The notes under the pieces were generated by a model. That model ran no database searches, was not told the DNA's origin, and saw only the letters and a program-made list of their open reading frames with translations. A DNA stretch of 64,000 nucleotides from Selaginella moellendorffii (taxonomy: Eukaryota > Plantae > Lycopodiophyta), in the NCBI RefSeq assembly GCF_000143415.4, contig NW_003314324.1, positions 633,379 through 697,378 on the forward strand, read 5' to 3'. The position numbers were made by a program, and so were the translations under genes. Numbering within the stretch: position 1 is the first letter of the stretch; every line of letters starts with the position of its first letter. Of the stretch, positions 13,301 to 24,011 are shown one piece after another.

Positions 13301-13664
13301 GATTCTGGTGCTGGAGCTCGGTTTTCAACGTGATCACCTCCTCCAGCAGCGATTCCTTGTCGCGAGCAGCAATGATAAGCCGCTTTGGAAGCTGGAACTC
13401 GAGTGGCGGACACGTCTGAGGCCGGGGTGGCTCCACTGGCGCAGTCGCAGGCAACCAAGCACCTCCACCAATCCCCACAACGTCCGGCTTCTCCATTGCC
13501 AAGCTGGTCTCCATGAACGGCTCAAACACGTAAGAAACTCCTCCCTGATCGACTGCCACATTTCTTCTCTCGCTCGGTGACTGATATCTGTTGGTCTCGT
13601 AAGGCGAAGAACAGCAACTCGAATCCTCCGGATCGCTACTCATTGTTCTTGGAGACGTCGTCAT
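10306..13664 (-). CDS. Large coiled-coil protein with Pro/Ala repeats and a long E/R/K-rich (SAH-like) region, function unknown, multi-exon
   Basis: ORFs 13221-13748, 12929-13204, 12083-12898 and 10306-11940 joinable through short GT-AG introns. Heptad-like N-half, PAAPPSPPPPAAGKK repeats, EEEARRKRLLA repeats. Confidence 0.75.
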
Positions 13665-14171
13665 GGAAACAGTGGCTACATCACTTCTTCTTCGTCTCTT
13701 CTCTATTTCTTCTTCTTCTTTCGTTCGTCTTACTCTATCGTTCTTCACACTGTTTTCTCCCTCAAACTAGAACTCTGATAAAGAAGAGAAGAAAGAACTG
13801 TGTCAATGTCCTGCTCTCACCCACATTCCCCAAAAATCTCCACAAAGTCTCTCACAATTCCAACAGCGGCCGGATTCTCTCTACACAACGCGCTACATTC
13901 TTCCAAAACTTTGACACCACAATGCCCGATCTCTTTCTCTCACAAGAAAAAAACCCTCGCTCACGAATTTAAACGCCTTCACTCACGAAAGGATCGAAAC
14001 AAACCATTGCGCTCGCAGGAATCCAATCGATCGATCGATCGCTCGCACGCTGCGCGCTTCGAGAGCACGGAAACCCTGTGCCCTAGGAGCGAGAGGTACG
14101 AGGAAGCACCGTACGGACGTCCGTTCGTTGTGAAACCCCAACACGTCAGCCCTAGAAACCAAGCCCGGGAA

Positions 14172-16415
14172 TTAGGGCAAAAAGCTCAATTTTCTCGCGC
14201 CAAGCAGCGATGTCCACGCCGCCGCGATCGGCTCGAACGGCATTTCCCGGATCAAATCCCGGGCTTGTTCTAGCTGCCCGGATCTCGCGAGGCCGTCGAC
14301 AATGCACTGGTAGTGATCCACAATTGGGGCGATTTCTCGCTCCGGGAAGGAATTTAGGTAGCTGCCCGCGTGCTTGATCCTGCCCAGGTGGCTGCAGGCG
14401 CCCAGGAGCGCGATGAAAGTGATCCCATCGGGTGCCACGCCGTGGGTCTCCATTTCTTGGAAGAGCTCGCAAGCCAGGCCGCTATGCCCGCTGTGGGCAT
14501 ACGCGCCCACCATCGCTGTCCACGACACGGCGTCGCGGCGGGGAAAGGTATCGAAGAGGAATCTCGCGCTAGCAAGGCGGCTGTTCTGAGCATATGCCGC
14601 AAAGAGGGCATTCCAGGCCATTGGGTTTGGCTCCTTGATCGCGTAAAAGATTCTTTTGGCATCTTCTACTAGGCCAGAGTTTCCGTACGCTGTGATCATA
14701 GTGATGAAAGTTTCGAGATCCGGGCTGGGATGTTGGTGGAACAATTCTGCTGCTTGCAGCAGATGCCCAGAACGGGCATATGCTGCGATAAGGGTGCTCC
14801 AGCAAATGCTTGGTTTTGGATTCATGCTCTCGAATATTTTTCTGGCTTGGGAGATTCTTCCTGCCGTAAAGTAGACCCCGATCATAGTGTTCCACAAACT
14901 CGAGCTCTTGTGAGGGATTCTCGCAAAGAGCTCCATGGCTTCGTCTGGATGCCCGTTTTGGGCATATCCCGTGAGCATCACCCTCCACGCGATCAAATCC
15001 TTGCGTGGCATTGCCTCAAAAAGCCCTCTAGACTTTGCAATCTTGTTGTTGCGAGCATAAGCTTGGATCATCGAAGTCCAAGTCACGGTATTCTTTTCAG
15101 GGGCTGTACGGAAGAGATCCTCGGCTTTCGCGAGATCTTCCGCAAGAATGTAGGCTTGGATGATCGCGTTCCAAGACACTACGTCCCTCCTCACCATGGA
15201 ATCAAACACCGCTCTAGCTTCCGCTATATACCCATTCCGGGCATACGACGTGATCATCGCGTTCCACGACGAGACGGACTTCTCCGGCATGTTTTCGAAC
15301 ACACACTCGGCCTCGCGGAGATGCCCATCCCGGGCATATCCCAGGATCATAATGTTCCAGGAATCTACATCCCTCACAGACATCCGAGCAAGGAGGGCGC
15401 TGGCTTCGTCCATATACCCAGAATGGGCATATCCTAGAAGCATCGAATTCGATGCCTGGAGATTCTCCTCCGGGAAACTCTCGTACAAATCTCTCGCCTT
15501 GTCGAGAAACCCCTCGTGACAAAACGCTTGTATGAGCGCCGTACTCGCGGCGATGGTCTTGTACGGCATTGTCTCGAACAAGGTGACAGCCTCGTCTACG
15601 TGACCAAGTTGTGAGTACGCGGCCACCATAAGATTCCACGAGACAATGCTGGTATCGGGCATGGCATCAAAGATTCTCCTGGCATCGTCCAGGCATCCTT
15701 CCTGGACGAGGGAAGTGAGCAAGGAATTCCATGAAACTATATCCTTGTTGGGCATCTGTTGGAACAAGGTGGCGGCTTCTTTCGCATTGCCGCTCCGCGA
15801 ATAGGCCATGATCATCGCGTTCCAGAGAATCGGGGTCTTCTCGGGTATGCTTTCGAAGACCCTCCTCGCGTCTTCGATCAAACTTAGCTGCGAGAAGACT
15901 TGGATCATCACCGTGACAGTGGCTTCGCTCTGGAGCGGCATTCTCTCGAAGAGGAGCTTCGCTTGGAGGGGCTGGCCGCTGCTGGCGTAGAGAGTGAGCA
16001 TGGAGTTCCAAGAGACGACGTCCTTTTGCGGCATCTTGGCGAAGAGCTCCTGCGCTTGGAGTGTATGATCCTGCCGGGCATACGCCGAGAGCATGGTGTT
16101 CCAGGAGATGGCGTCCTTGCTGGGCATCTGGTCGAACACTTCCCTGGCCTCGCAAAGCTTCCCGTTTCGAGCGTAGACGTCGAGCATGATGTTCCAGGAG
16201 AAGTGGTTTGGAGCTTGGATCCTGTCAAAGACCGCGCGAGCGTATCGGGGGCTGCCACACTTGCCATAGGCCTCGACGAGGAGATTCAAGAGGTACCTGT
16301 CGTGCTGGAGCTCGCGAGAAGCCGCGATGCGAGCGTCAAGACGCCGTGCCTCGGAGAGATCCCTGGAAGCTTTGCAAGACTTTAGGAGCTGCGCAATGTG
16401 TGCCGCGCAGGCCAT
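14172..16415 (-). CDS. PLS-class pentatricopeptide repeat protein dominated by short (S-type) motifs, partial E domain, no DYW
   Basis: 747-aa intronless ORF of tandem ~31-aa repeats (SWNxMxxAYAxxG...A..LF..MP), ending HYQCIVDGLARSGQL...MPFEP..AAWTSLLGA. Confidence 0.95.
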   Translation of the reverse strand: MACAAHIAQLLKSCKASRDLSEARRLDARIAASRELQHDRYLLNLLVEAYGKCGSPRYARAVFDRIQAPNHFSWNIMLDVYARNGKLCEAREVFDQMPSKDAISWNTMLSAYARQDHTLQAQELFAKMPQKDVVSWNSMLTLYASSGQPLQAKLLFERMPLQSEATVTVMIQVFSQLSLIEDARRVFESIPEKTPILWNAMIMAYSRSGNAKEAATLFQQMPNKDIVSWNSLLTSLVQEGCLDDARRIFDAMPDTSIVSWNLMVAAYSQLGHVDEAVTLFETMPYKTIAASTALIQAFCHEGFLDKARDLYESFPEENLQASNSMLLGYAHSGYMDEASALLARMSVRDVDSWNIMILGYARDGHLREAECVFENMPEKSVSSWNAMITSYARNGYIAEARAVFDSMVRRDVVSWNAIIQAYILAEDLAKAEDLFRTAPEKNTVTWTSMIQAYARNNKIAKSRGLFEAMPRKDLIAWRVMLTGYAQNGHPDEAMELFARIPHKSSSLWNTMIGVYFTAGRISQARKIFESMNPKPSICWSTLIAAYARSGHLLQAAELFHQHPSPDLETFITMITAYGNSGLVEDAKRIFYAIKEPNPMAWNALFAAYAQNSRLASARFLFDTFPRRDAVSWTAMVGAYAHSGHSGLACELFQEMETHGVAPDGITFIALLGACSHLGRIKHAGSYLNSFPEREIAPIVDHYQCIVDGLARSGQLEQARDLIREMPFEPIAAAWTSLLGARKLSFLP

Positions 16416-16847
16416 ACAATCCCCTGGATGTTCTTCAGAGTTAGAGATGAAATTTCTGCGAGAAATCGAGAGTCCCTACCTTGAAATCGAGACTCCACTC
16501 CACGGATCGCTCTTCGGAGGTAGACGATGTACGAAAGAATGCGCGAAATGTACGAAGAAGCATTGGCTATCCACTAGATTGCTGTGAAGAACACGCTAGA
16601 ACTGGGAGCGAGGAAGAAATATGATCGATAGAAGAAAGAATGCTCTTGAAATTTAGGAATTCTGATGATCGTCAGCAGTTTGTGAGAAAGAATGCTCGAA
16701 ATCTACGAAGAATATGAAGACTTATCCTATGGCCGTCTCTCTAGCATAAACCCTAACTAGCTAAGAACACACCCTTGGAGAAGAAAAATATCTAATGGGG
16801 AGGGTTTAGGGTTTTTGTGCTTGATGGTCGAAATGGTGGCATTGGCC

Positions 16848-19563
16848 ATGGTTGTGTCGCCGCGCAGCCTCGCCTGTGGCGCCTCTCTCTCCGCCGCGGC
16901 AGTGGAATACCGGCGCCTGGCCATGGCGCGAGTCCTGGCAGCCAGAATGCCCGCTCTTCTTCGCGAATCCGTGGGATCCAGGGTTCTGGTATCGGCGGTC
17001 TCGAAGAGGAGCTTCGCCGCGCACGCTGGGCTTTCCAGGGATTCCAGCAATCTCTCCAGCAGATTACGTGAGTTTGTTTGCTCTGTATAGGATCTCGATT
17101 CGTGGGGTTTTTGATGCTGCATTGGATTGGTGTGGTTTCTTAGATTTGTTTTCTTGCGATTGGGAGTGAGTTCTCATGTTGGGCGAGATTGGAATTTAGT
17201 TCTTCGGCCTCCAGCGACGATTTAGATGTGCCTTCTCTTACATTTGTCTTGGAAGTTCTCTATTTTTTTTTGTTTTAAGCTATGGTGGAAACTTGCAGCT
17301 GTGCAGGTATCATGGAGAAAGCACACTGAGAAATCCTTTGCAAGACCCGCAGCAGTGGAGGAGCCACCCGAGCTCACGAAGAAGAGGCTCTCGCGAGACG
17401 AGCGTGCAGCACTAGTCAAGTCATTCGTGGAAAAGTAAGCTTTCTGGAGACCAGCGAACGAATGCCTCTTAACGTTTTGATTTTTTCAGGTATGCGTCGG
17501 AGAACAATGGAGAGTTTCCAACTCTGGCTCTCGTCCTGAAGGAGACGGGTGGCTCGCGAGCCGTGGTGAAGGACATCCTTGCAGACCTTCAAAGCAGTAT
17601 AACGGTGAAAGTGGAAGTCACTGCTACGCCGTCGACAGAAGAACCATTACCCAAAGTCGAGCCTCCGAACGTTGCGAAAGCGTCGAGTCCGGCAGCAGCT
17701 GCAGTGAGCGAATCCGAAGAGGAAGACGAGTCGGAAGAAGAAGAGGAAGTTTTGGAAGAGAAAACTTCTACTGCTCCTCCGCCATCCAGCAGTGCTCCTG
17801 AAGAGAAGATAACGAGCCTGAAAAGGGCTGCTGGCGAAACTCCTGGTGAAATCAACAGCACCTACATCGACATTCTGTCGAGGTTGAAAAGCCTCGGCAC
17901 CGAACGAAAAAAAGAAGAGACTGCAGCAGCTGTCGAGTCTGCTGCGTCCGAAACGGAGGAGAAAGAAATCAAGCGGCCAAGTTTCGCAGCGAGAATTCTT
18001 CCTCCTCGGCATGGAATGTTCGTCAGGTTTCTCAATCCGGCGGCAACGGAGGAGGATCTAAAGCAGGCCTTTGGAGACTGTGGAGAGATATCAAGAGTTT
18101 CAGCGGTCAAGCCAATGAAACCCACTGCAAAGTTTACGTACGGTTTCATTGATTTCAAGGTGAGTACGTTCGAAGTTGATTTCTTCTCGTTGTCTAACGC
18201 TTCCGTTCTTATGTGCAGACTGCGGATGGTTTGAGCAATGCTCTAAGGAAGAACGTTGTAATTCTTGGGAACAAGGTGGAGACAGAGGCAGCACCGACAC
18301 AAAACACGCAGCTTTCAGACGTTGCACCGAAAATCAAAGAGCCTCAACCTGCTGGGGGCGGACTCATCGACAACCTGGTCTCCAAAGTCGTATCCATGGT
18401 TCCTCCAAACACAGAAAACGCAAAGAACCAGATGTCTCAAACACCGAGAGTATGGAACGGCCAGGACGCTCCTCGGTTCAGCCAGCCAGGGATGATGAAT
18501 ATGAACAAAGCAGGAGGAGCTGTTGGTGAAAGGCCAGACTTTAAGCCGAAAGGGATGGGATTTCAAAAGAACGAAATGATGCCGCCACCCAGGAACGAGA
18601 TGCAAATGCCACCGAGAAACGACTTCACACCAAGGAACGATATGCCGCCTCGAATGGATACGCCATTCCCGAGGAACGATATGCCTCCTCCAAGGATGGA
18701 CATGCCGCCACCACCGCCGCCACAGATGCAGCAGCCGCCGAGACAGCTTCCACCGAGAAACGAAAATGGAGGATTTGTTTCGCCGATTCCACCTCTTGGC
18801 GACCCGCAGAAGATGAGGAAGGACCTGTCCGTGTGTGTGGAGAACTTACCACCGACGACCAACGTCACGCAACTCAGGGACGCGCTCGCGATCCATGGCG
18901 AGATCTACGCAACTTACTTGAAGCACCGGGACATGAATTCATCGACGTATGTCTTCGAGTATTTGGTAATGAGTTTTTCTTCGTTTCTTTTCCTCTTTTC
19001 GTCTCACGGCTATCTATTATCCAGACCGACGAAGGAAAAGAGAGCGCTTTGAGTGCTCACTGGGTCCATATCAACGGGCAGTTAGTGCGGATCTCCAGAG
19101 CAGACGTCCCAAAGACGACGGTGGTGAGAGTTTCAAACATCTCGCCCAGCACTCCGGACAGCGAGTTTATCAACGCATGCAAGTCGTGCGGCCAAGTCGA
19201 AAGAGTGGAGTCGAGACGGGATCGCGTCAGGGACGTGTTCTACCACCCGGCCGAGACGAGGAACATGATAAAAATCCTCGACAGGTAAGTTTCCAGGAAA
19301 GTTTTTCTTTTGTTCATCGGGATTTTCATTCCAGGCTGAACGAAGTCACGATCAATCAGTCTCGATGGCACGCGAAACCAGCGCCACGGTGCTCGATCAA
19401 CATGCTCAACCGGCCGGAAGGATCGGAGTTCATCTGCCAACAGATCAAAGCGCTGCTGAGAAACCAGGAAAGTATGCTCCAGCAGCTCCAGATCGAGCAA
19501 AGGGATCTCCGCGAGCTCTCAATGTATGCGGTGGAGATTCTCAACTCACAGAACAGGAAGTAG
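16848..19563 (+). CDS. Multi-RRM RNA-binding protein with N-terminal HTH-like region and probable organellar transit peptide, about 6 exons
   Basis: RRM cores (MFVRFL...YGFIDF; VCVENLP...YVFEY; VRVSNIS). N-terminal KRLSRDERAALVKSFVEKY...FPTLALVLKETGGS resembles the plant AT3G52170-type HTH. Start codon (16848 or 16923) uncertain. Confidence 0.8.
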
Positions 19564-19959
19564 CCTTCTAAGAACACACAAGTGGAAGTTTTTGTTTCTT
19601 AGGTTTGATTGATTCTAAAGTTTCTAGTTTTTGTGATAACTTTCAGATATTCCGTGGTTCTTTGCGGGCAATAAATACGCCTCTGTCGATCCTCCTGGAT
19701 CTTCTCACGAAACTGTCCTCACATGAAAAATGTGAGAGAACTTAAAAGGAATGAAGTTTAAGAAAAGATTGGCACAGTATAATCTAGACATCAATAAACA
19801 AAAGCTTTTTCCAAATACTTCGAAAAGATAAATCAAGACTGCCAGCTCGTTGCCGTGGAGCCATCATAACAAAGTATTGGTTCCCTCGAAACAATCAATT
19901 TTTGGATCACAACCTATTCTTGCTGCCACCTTGGATTTGAATGGCCTCTTCCGTTAAGA

Positions 19960-21800
19960 TTTTCTATATATACGTATATATAAAGCCCTTCTTTCCTTTT
20001 TAGTACAGGAAGATCTACCCAGAGGAGAGCAAGTATGCAGCGGGAGGTGAATTGCCCAAGGGGCGTGCGGTTTTACCCACTTGATTGCGGGTTTGGGCCA
20101 CAGATTCATGGCTTGTCTTGTGCTAGGATGGACAAGAAGCTGTCTTTCAATCTGGTGAGCATTGTTGATTGAGTTTGCTGTTCTCAAAGGCGATGGCTGC
20201 AGAACTTGTTTCAAGAATTGCAAGTAGGGGATGAGAAAATCCACGTTATTGTATCGGATGGCTATCGTGGAGCCAGACATCCATGTCAGTCGTTTCTCTT
20301 TCACACCAAAAGCTCATCTGGGTTTTGTTTTGCAGTAGCAAGGGACCTTTGTTTGTACAGGCTGGGGCTGTTCAATATGTGTTTATCAGAAGCTTTTTGC
20401 ACCAACAGAAACTTGAGATGTTCCATTGAAAGTCTCTTTTGTAGGTAAAAGGACTTAAAAGATGGATTCCTTAGGGATCCATTTTACTGACTTGTTGAGG
20501 TCCATGTATTCAGAGTGAAGCAACGGACACAGGACAGGATCCAAGAGCTCATTCAAGTTGAAGAGGATGAGAAAGACTGGGAAAAGGATGATGACGTTGA
20601 AAGCATCCACACAATTCAGGTAACTTCTAAGTATTTTACCTCTATGGTTAATGGTTTCTGTTGTCAAGGAGGATCAGTGGCTTCCAGAGTTGCACTCTAC
20701 AGTGATTGCTATCAAGGGAAATGCTGTAGTAGTTGGTGGGCCTGGTGCTTTTGTAGTCGCTCTGGTGTGTTCTGAAGGTTTGAAGGTGAGTAAAACATGT
20801 TTTGTCATCAAATGTTTATTGTTATGTTTTAGTGGCTTACCCCAAAAGATGATGGCAATATGAATTTACTGGAGGCAACGAAACAACCAGAAGATATATT
20901 GATCCTGGCAACCTTATCCTTCAAGAAACTAGACTCTCTAACCATTAAGGAAGCTGTTGGCACTGATGTTGTTCAAACAACAAAGGTCCTCTCAGAATTA
21001 GATCCTGCAGATAAGGATTCTACAGTTCTTGTTGTGAAGTTCGAAGGTTGAGATGAATGTAAGGTAATGTTAGACTTATTTAAAGTCAGTGTTTTGGTGA
21101 AAAATGTTTGGGTCTTCTCCTTTTTTTGACCCCTATCAAACGCTTTCATTCCCCAGTATATTCCATGAACTTGTGGAAAAAGTGGGGTTCATTACCTCTC
21201 TCGAAGATGCCACTCATGCAATACAAGAACAGCGCCACAGCTAAATAACCACATTCTTGATTGTTGCAGCGCTTGTTTGGAGGTAGCACGAGAAATTCAA
21301 TATATTTCTCTTCTCTGCAAGAAGATGAGATGGTAGCGAATTGCATTACTGATTGCATCAGACTATTTGATTTTTATGTGCTGAAGAAGTGTCCTAGATT
21401 TATGGCCATATAGTAGACTGCTGCGTTAAACCACTGGATGCCATGGTTGAAATTGGGCTCCAATTCCAGGCCTTGTCATCGGGCTCATTCATTCATGCTT
21501 GGGCTTCAAACTCTAACTCATCTGAACCAGCCCGTCATTCCAATGTAGATGGGTGTTGTATTGCACTTGCTAAACATGTTGAAATTAATGGCACTGTTAT
21601 TGATGTTTTGTTGGATGATATGAGTATTATCATTATATCACTTGTTAAAAGTGAGAGTTCGGCTATGTCAAAAGTAATATTACAATTTCTTAGCATTAAC
21701 CACATTTTCTTGGTGATCAGAGTTAACTCGTGGTGACAATATAACTTATAAATTAACTTTGACAACTATGAGTTCAGGATGAAAGCAAAGTTCAGGTATT
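19960..21800 (+). pseudogene. Degraded multi-exon gene remnant of unidentified family
   Basis: Short exon-like blocks bounded by GT/AG (e.g. KIHVIVSDGYRGARHP; KGNAVVVGGPGAFV; LLEATKQPEDILILATLSF) interrupted by stops. Confidence 0.35.
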
Positions 21801-22142
21801 TCTGAAATCTGCTGTCTCTAGTGTTAACACTAATCAAACTGAGCTCTACATCATGCATGTCATAATTCTCTTGAATTGTGCAAGCACTTTGTTGATGAGA
21901 TTTGCAAAAAGTGGATGGGCCTGATATGGTTAACAAGGATACTCAGTCTTGTGGCCAATACAGAGGATTGATCCCCTCTCACATAGAAACAACTACATGC
22001 ATCCTAAAATCACTAACAAAGAGTTTTCCTTTCCTCTACTTCTACAGCATCTTTTTCCAGAAACTCTTAAGAGTGTTGCCACTAGTATGGATGATCTGGA
22101 CCATTTAGTATTTATAACGTCCAGTGTTGATTTTGGTGCCCA

Positions 22143-22445
22143 TGTCAATCTGTCTGTGTGTGTGGAGAACTCACCACTAACAATGAATGCCACGAAACTC
22201 AAGGACACATTCTTGATCCATGGTGGGATCTATGCAACTTGAAGCACCAGGAGATGAATTCATCAACACATATCTTCAAGTATCTGGTAATGAGTTTTTC
22301 TTCATTTCTTTTCCTCTTTTCTTCTCATAGCTTAGCTAATTTTTTCAAACCAACGAAGAAAAAGAGAGCACTTTGTATGCTTATTAGGTCCATATCAACA
22401 GGCAATTAGTGCAGATCTAGAATAGACATCTCAAAGATGGTGGTA
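22143..22445 (+). pseudogene. Duplicated fragment of the neighbouring RRM gene (matches about 18825-19125, intron included)
   Basis: CTGTCTGTGTGTGTGGAGAACTCACCAC...ATCTATGCAACTTGAAGCACC...GGTAATGAGTTTTTCTTC aligns with 18825 onward, with C>T changes and a frameshift. Confidence 0.88.
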
Positions 22446-22835
22446 TGTTTAGGTAAGTTTGAAAGTTCTTCTAGGAAAGCTTTTCTTTTCTAATTGAATG
22501 TAGCAATGGACAATGATTAAGTGTGGAGGATAAGGAGTGAGGAAGAAAATCTTATAATAATTTCCAATATTCTTTGTTAATAGTATATGAATTTGTTGTT
22601 TAATATACTATCCACTCTTTTATGGTTTTAAGTAGTTTTGACGTCATTTTTTCTCTCATCAATAATACACTTTTTCAAATGTGGTAATTCAATGATTTTT
22701 TACTAGATTTTTAGTTGGGAAAATTCCATTTTAAATCATGTTGTTAGAGATATATGTGTAAGCGACTAATGTTTCCATTCTATTTTAGTCACTTAACCAC
22801 ACCTCCGACCACTAGGAGGAGTCTCATTAAGTCTA

Positions 22836-24011
22836 TGTGAGACACAAAATCCCTAGGCCCCAAAGTGGAGCCGGAAGGATGCCACGTGGTAGTGGCCGAA
22901 GCGAAAGTCAAACGAGCGTAACACGTTTGGACTAAAAGCTCCGACTTGAAAGGTCGAGAGCGGGAGTGGAACTCCCAACAAAGTGCTCGAGGAACAAGCA
23001 CGAAGCGAGCAATAATCGAGGCTCCAAAAAGGGACCCAAAAGGACCAACACATGACACGTGGAAGTGTCTAAGATGGAGTCCGAAATGGACCCAAGTTGG
23101 ACTCCGAGATAGAGTCCGAGATGGACCAAGACGGAGTTTGAGAAGGAGTCCGAGATGGAGTCCGAGGTGGAGTCCAAGGTGGAGTCCGAGATGGAGTCCG
23201 AGATGGACCAAGACGGAGTCCGAGATGGAGTCTGAGATGGGGTTCGAGGTAGAGTCCGAGGTGGAGTCCGAAATGGAGTCCGAGATGGACCGAGATGGAG
23301 TCCGAGGTGGAGTCTGAGATGGAGTCCAAGATGGAGTCCGAAGTGGAGTCCGGGATGGAGTCTGAGATGGAGTCCGAGATGGATTGAGATGGAGTCCGAG
23401 ATGGACCCGAGATGGAGTCCGAGATGGAGTCCGAGAAGGACTCGAGATGGAGTCCAAGGTCGAGACCAAGACCGGGACCGAGACCGGGACCGAGACCGAG
23501 ACCGAGACCGAGACCGGGACCGAGACTGAGACCGAGGCGGAGGCCGAGACCGAGCCCGAGTCCAAGTCCGAGTCCGAGTCCGAGTCCGAGTCCGAGTCCG
23601 AGTCCGAGTCCGAGTCCGAGTTCGAGTCTGAGAGGGTGAAAGCCCAAAGCGTTCGTCTCCCAGACCCTAGGGGGTTTGGTGAGCTCCAAAAGTATAGTAA
23701 GGAGAAAGACTGCAGTGGAGCCAATTTGGCCAGGAAAGGCCAGTTTGGCCCAGGAAGGCCAGACCCAGTGTTGGGTGATGAACTGACCATTGAGGAAGTC
23801 CCAGAGGACAATGGGACTTAGTGGTCGGGCCTGCAGGCCTTGATCCGGAAGGTGGGGAGAGTACCCACGGGGCTCGCGTAGGCCCACGGTGTTCCGAAAT
23901 GTTGTCCCGAAGTCCTGAATTAGACTTAAGGAGGTTGTGAATGAGACTCCTCCAAGTGGTCAGAGGTGTGGTTAAGTGACTAAAGTAGAATGGAAAATTT
24001 AGTTGCTTACA
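22836..24011 (+). mobile_element. Solo LTR of the same family nested in opposite orientation in the 3' LTR
   Basis: TGTGAG...CTTACA, TSD GTCTA (22831-22835, 24012-24016). Contains GAGTCC/GAGACC hexamer and GAGATGGAGTCC 12-mer arrays. Confidence 0.9.

Noticed and set aside
22789-23887. SD/LG/SE-repeat ORFs as proteins (also 31542-32262, 60498-60861)
   Set aside because: Translation artefacts of LTR hexamer arrays.
22757-24011. MITE/TIR element suggested by a 70-bp inverted repeat at 22757 and 24011
   Set aside because: Explained by an antiparallel solo LTR nested in an LTR (TSDs GTCTA and ATATG).
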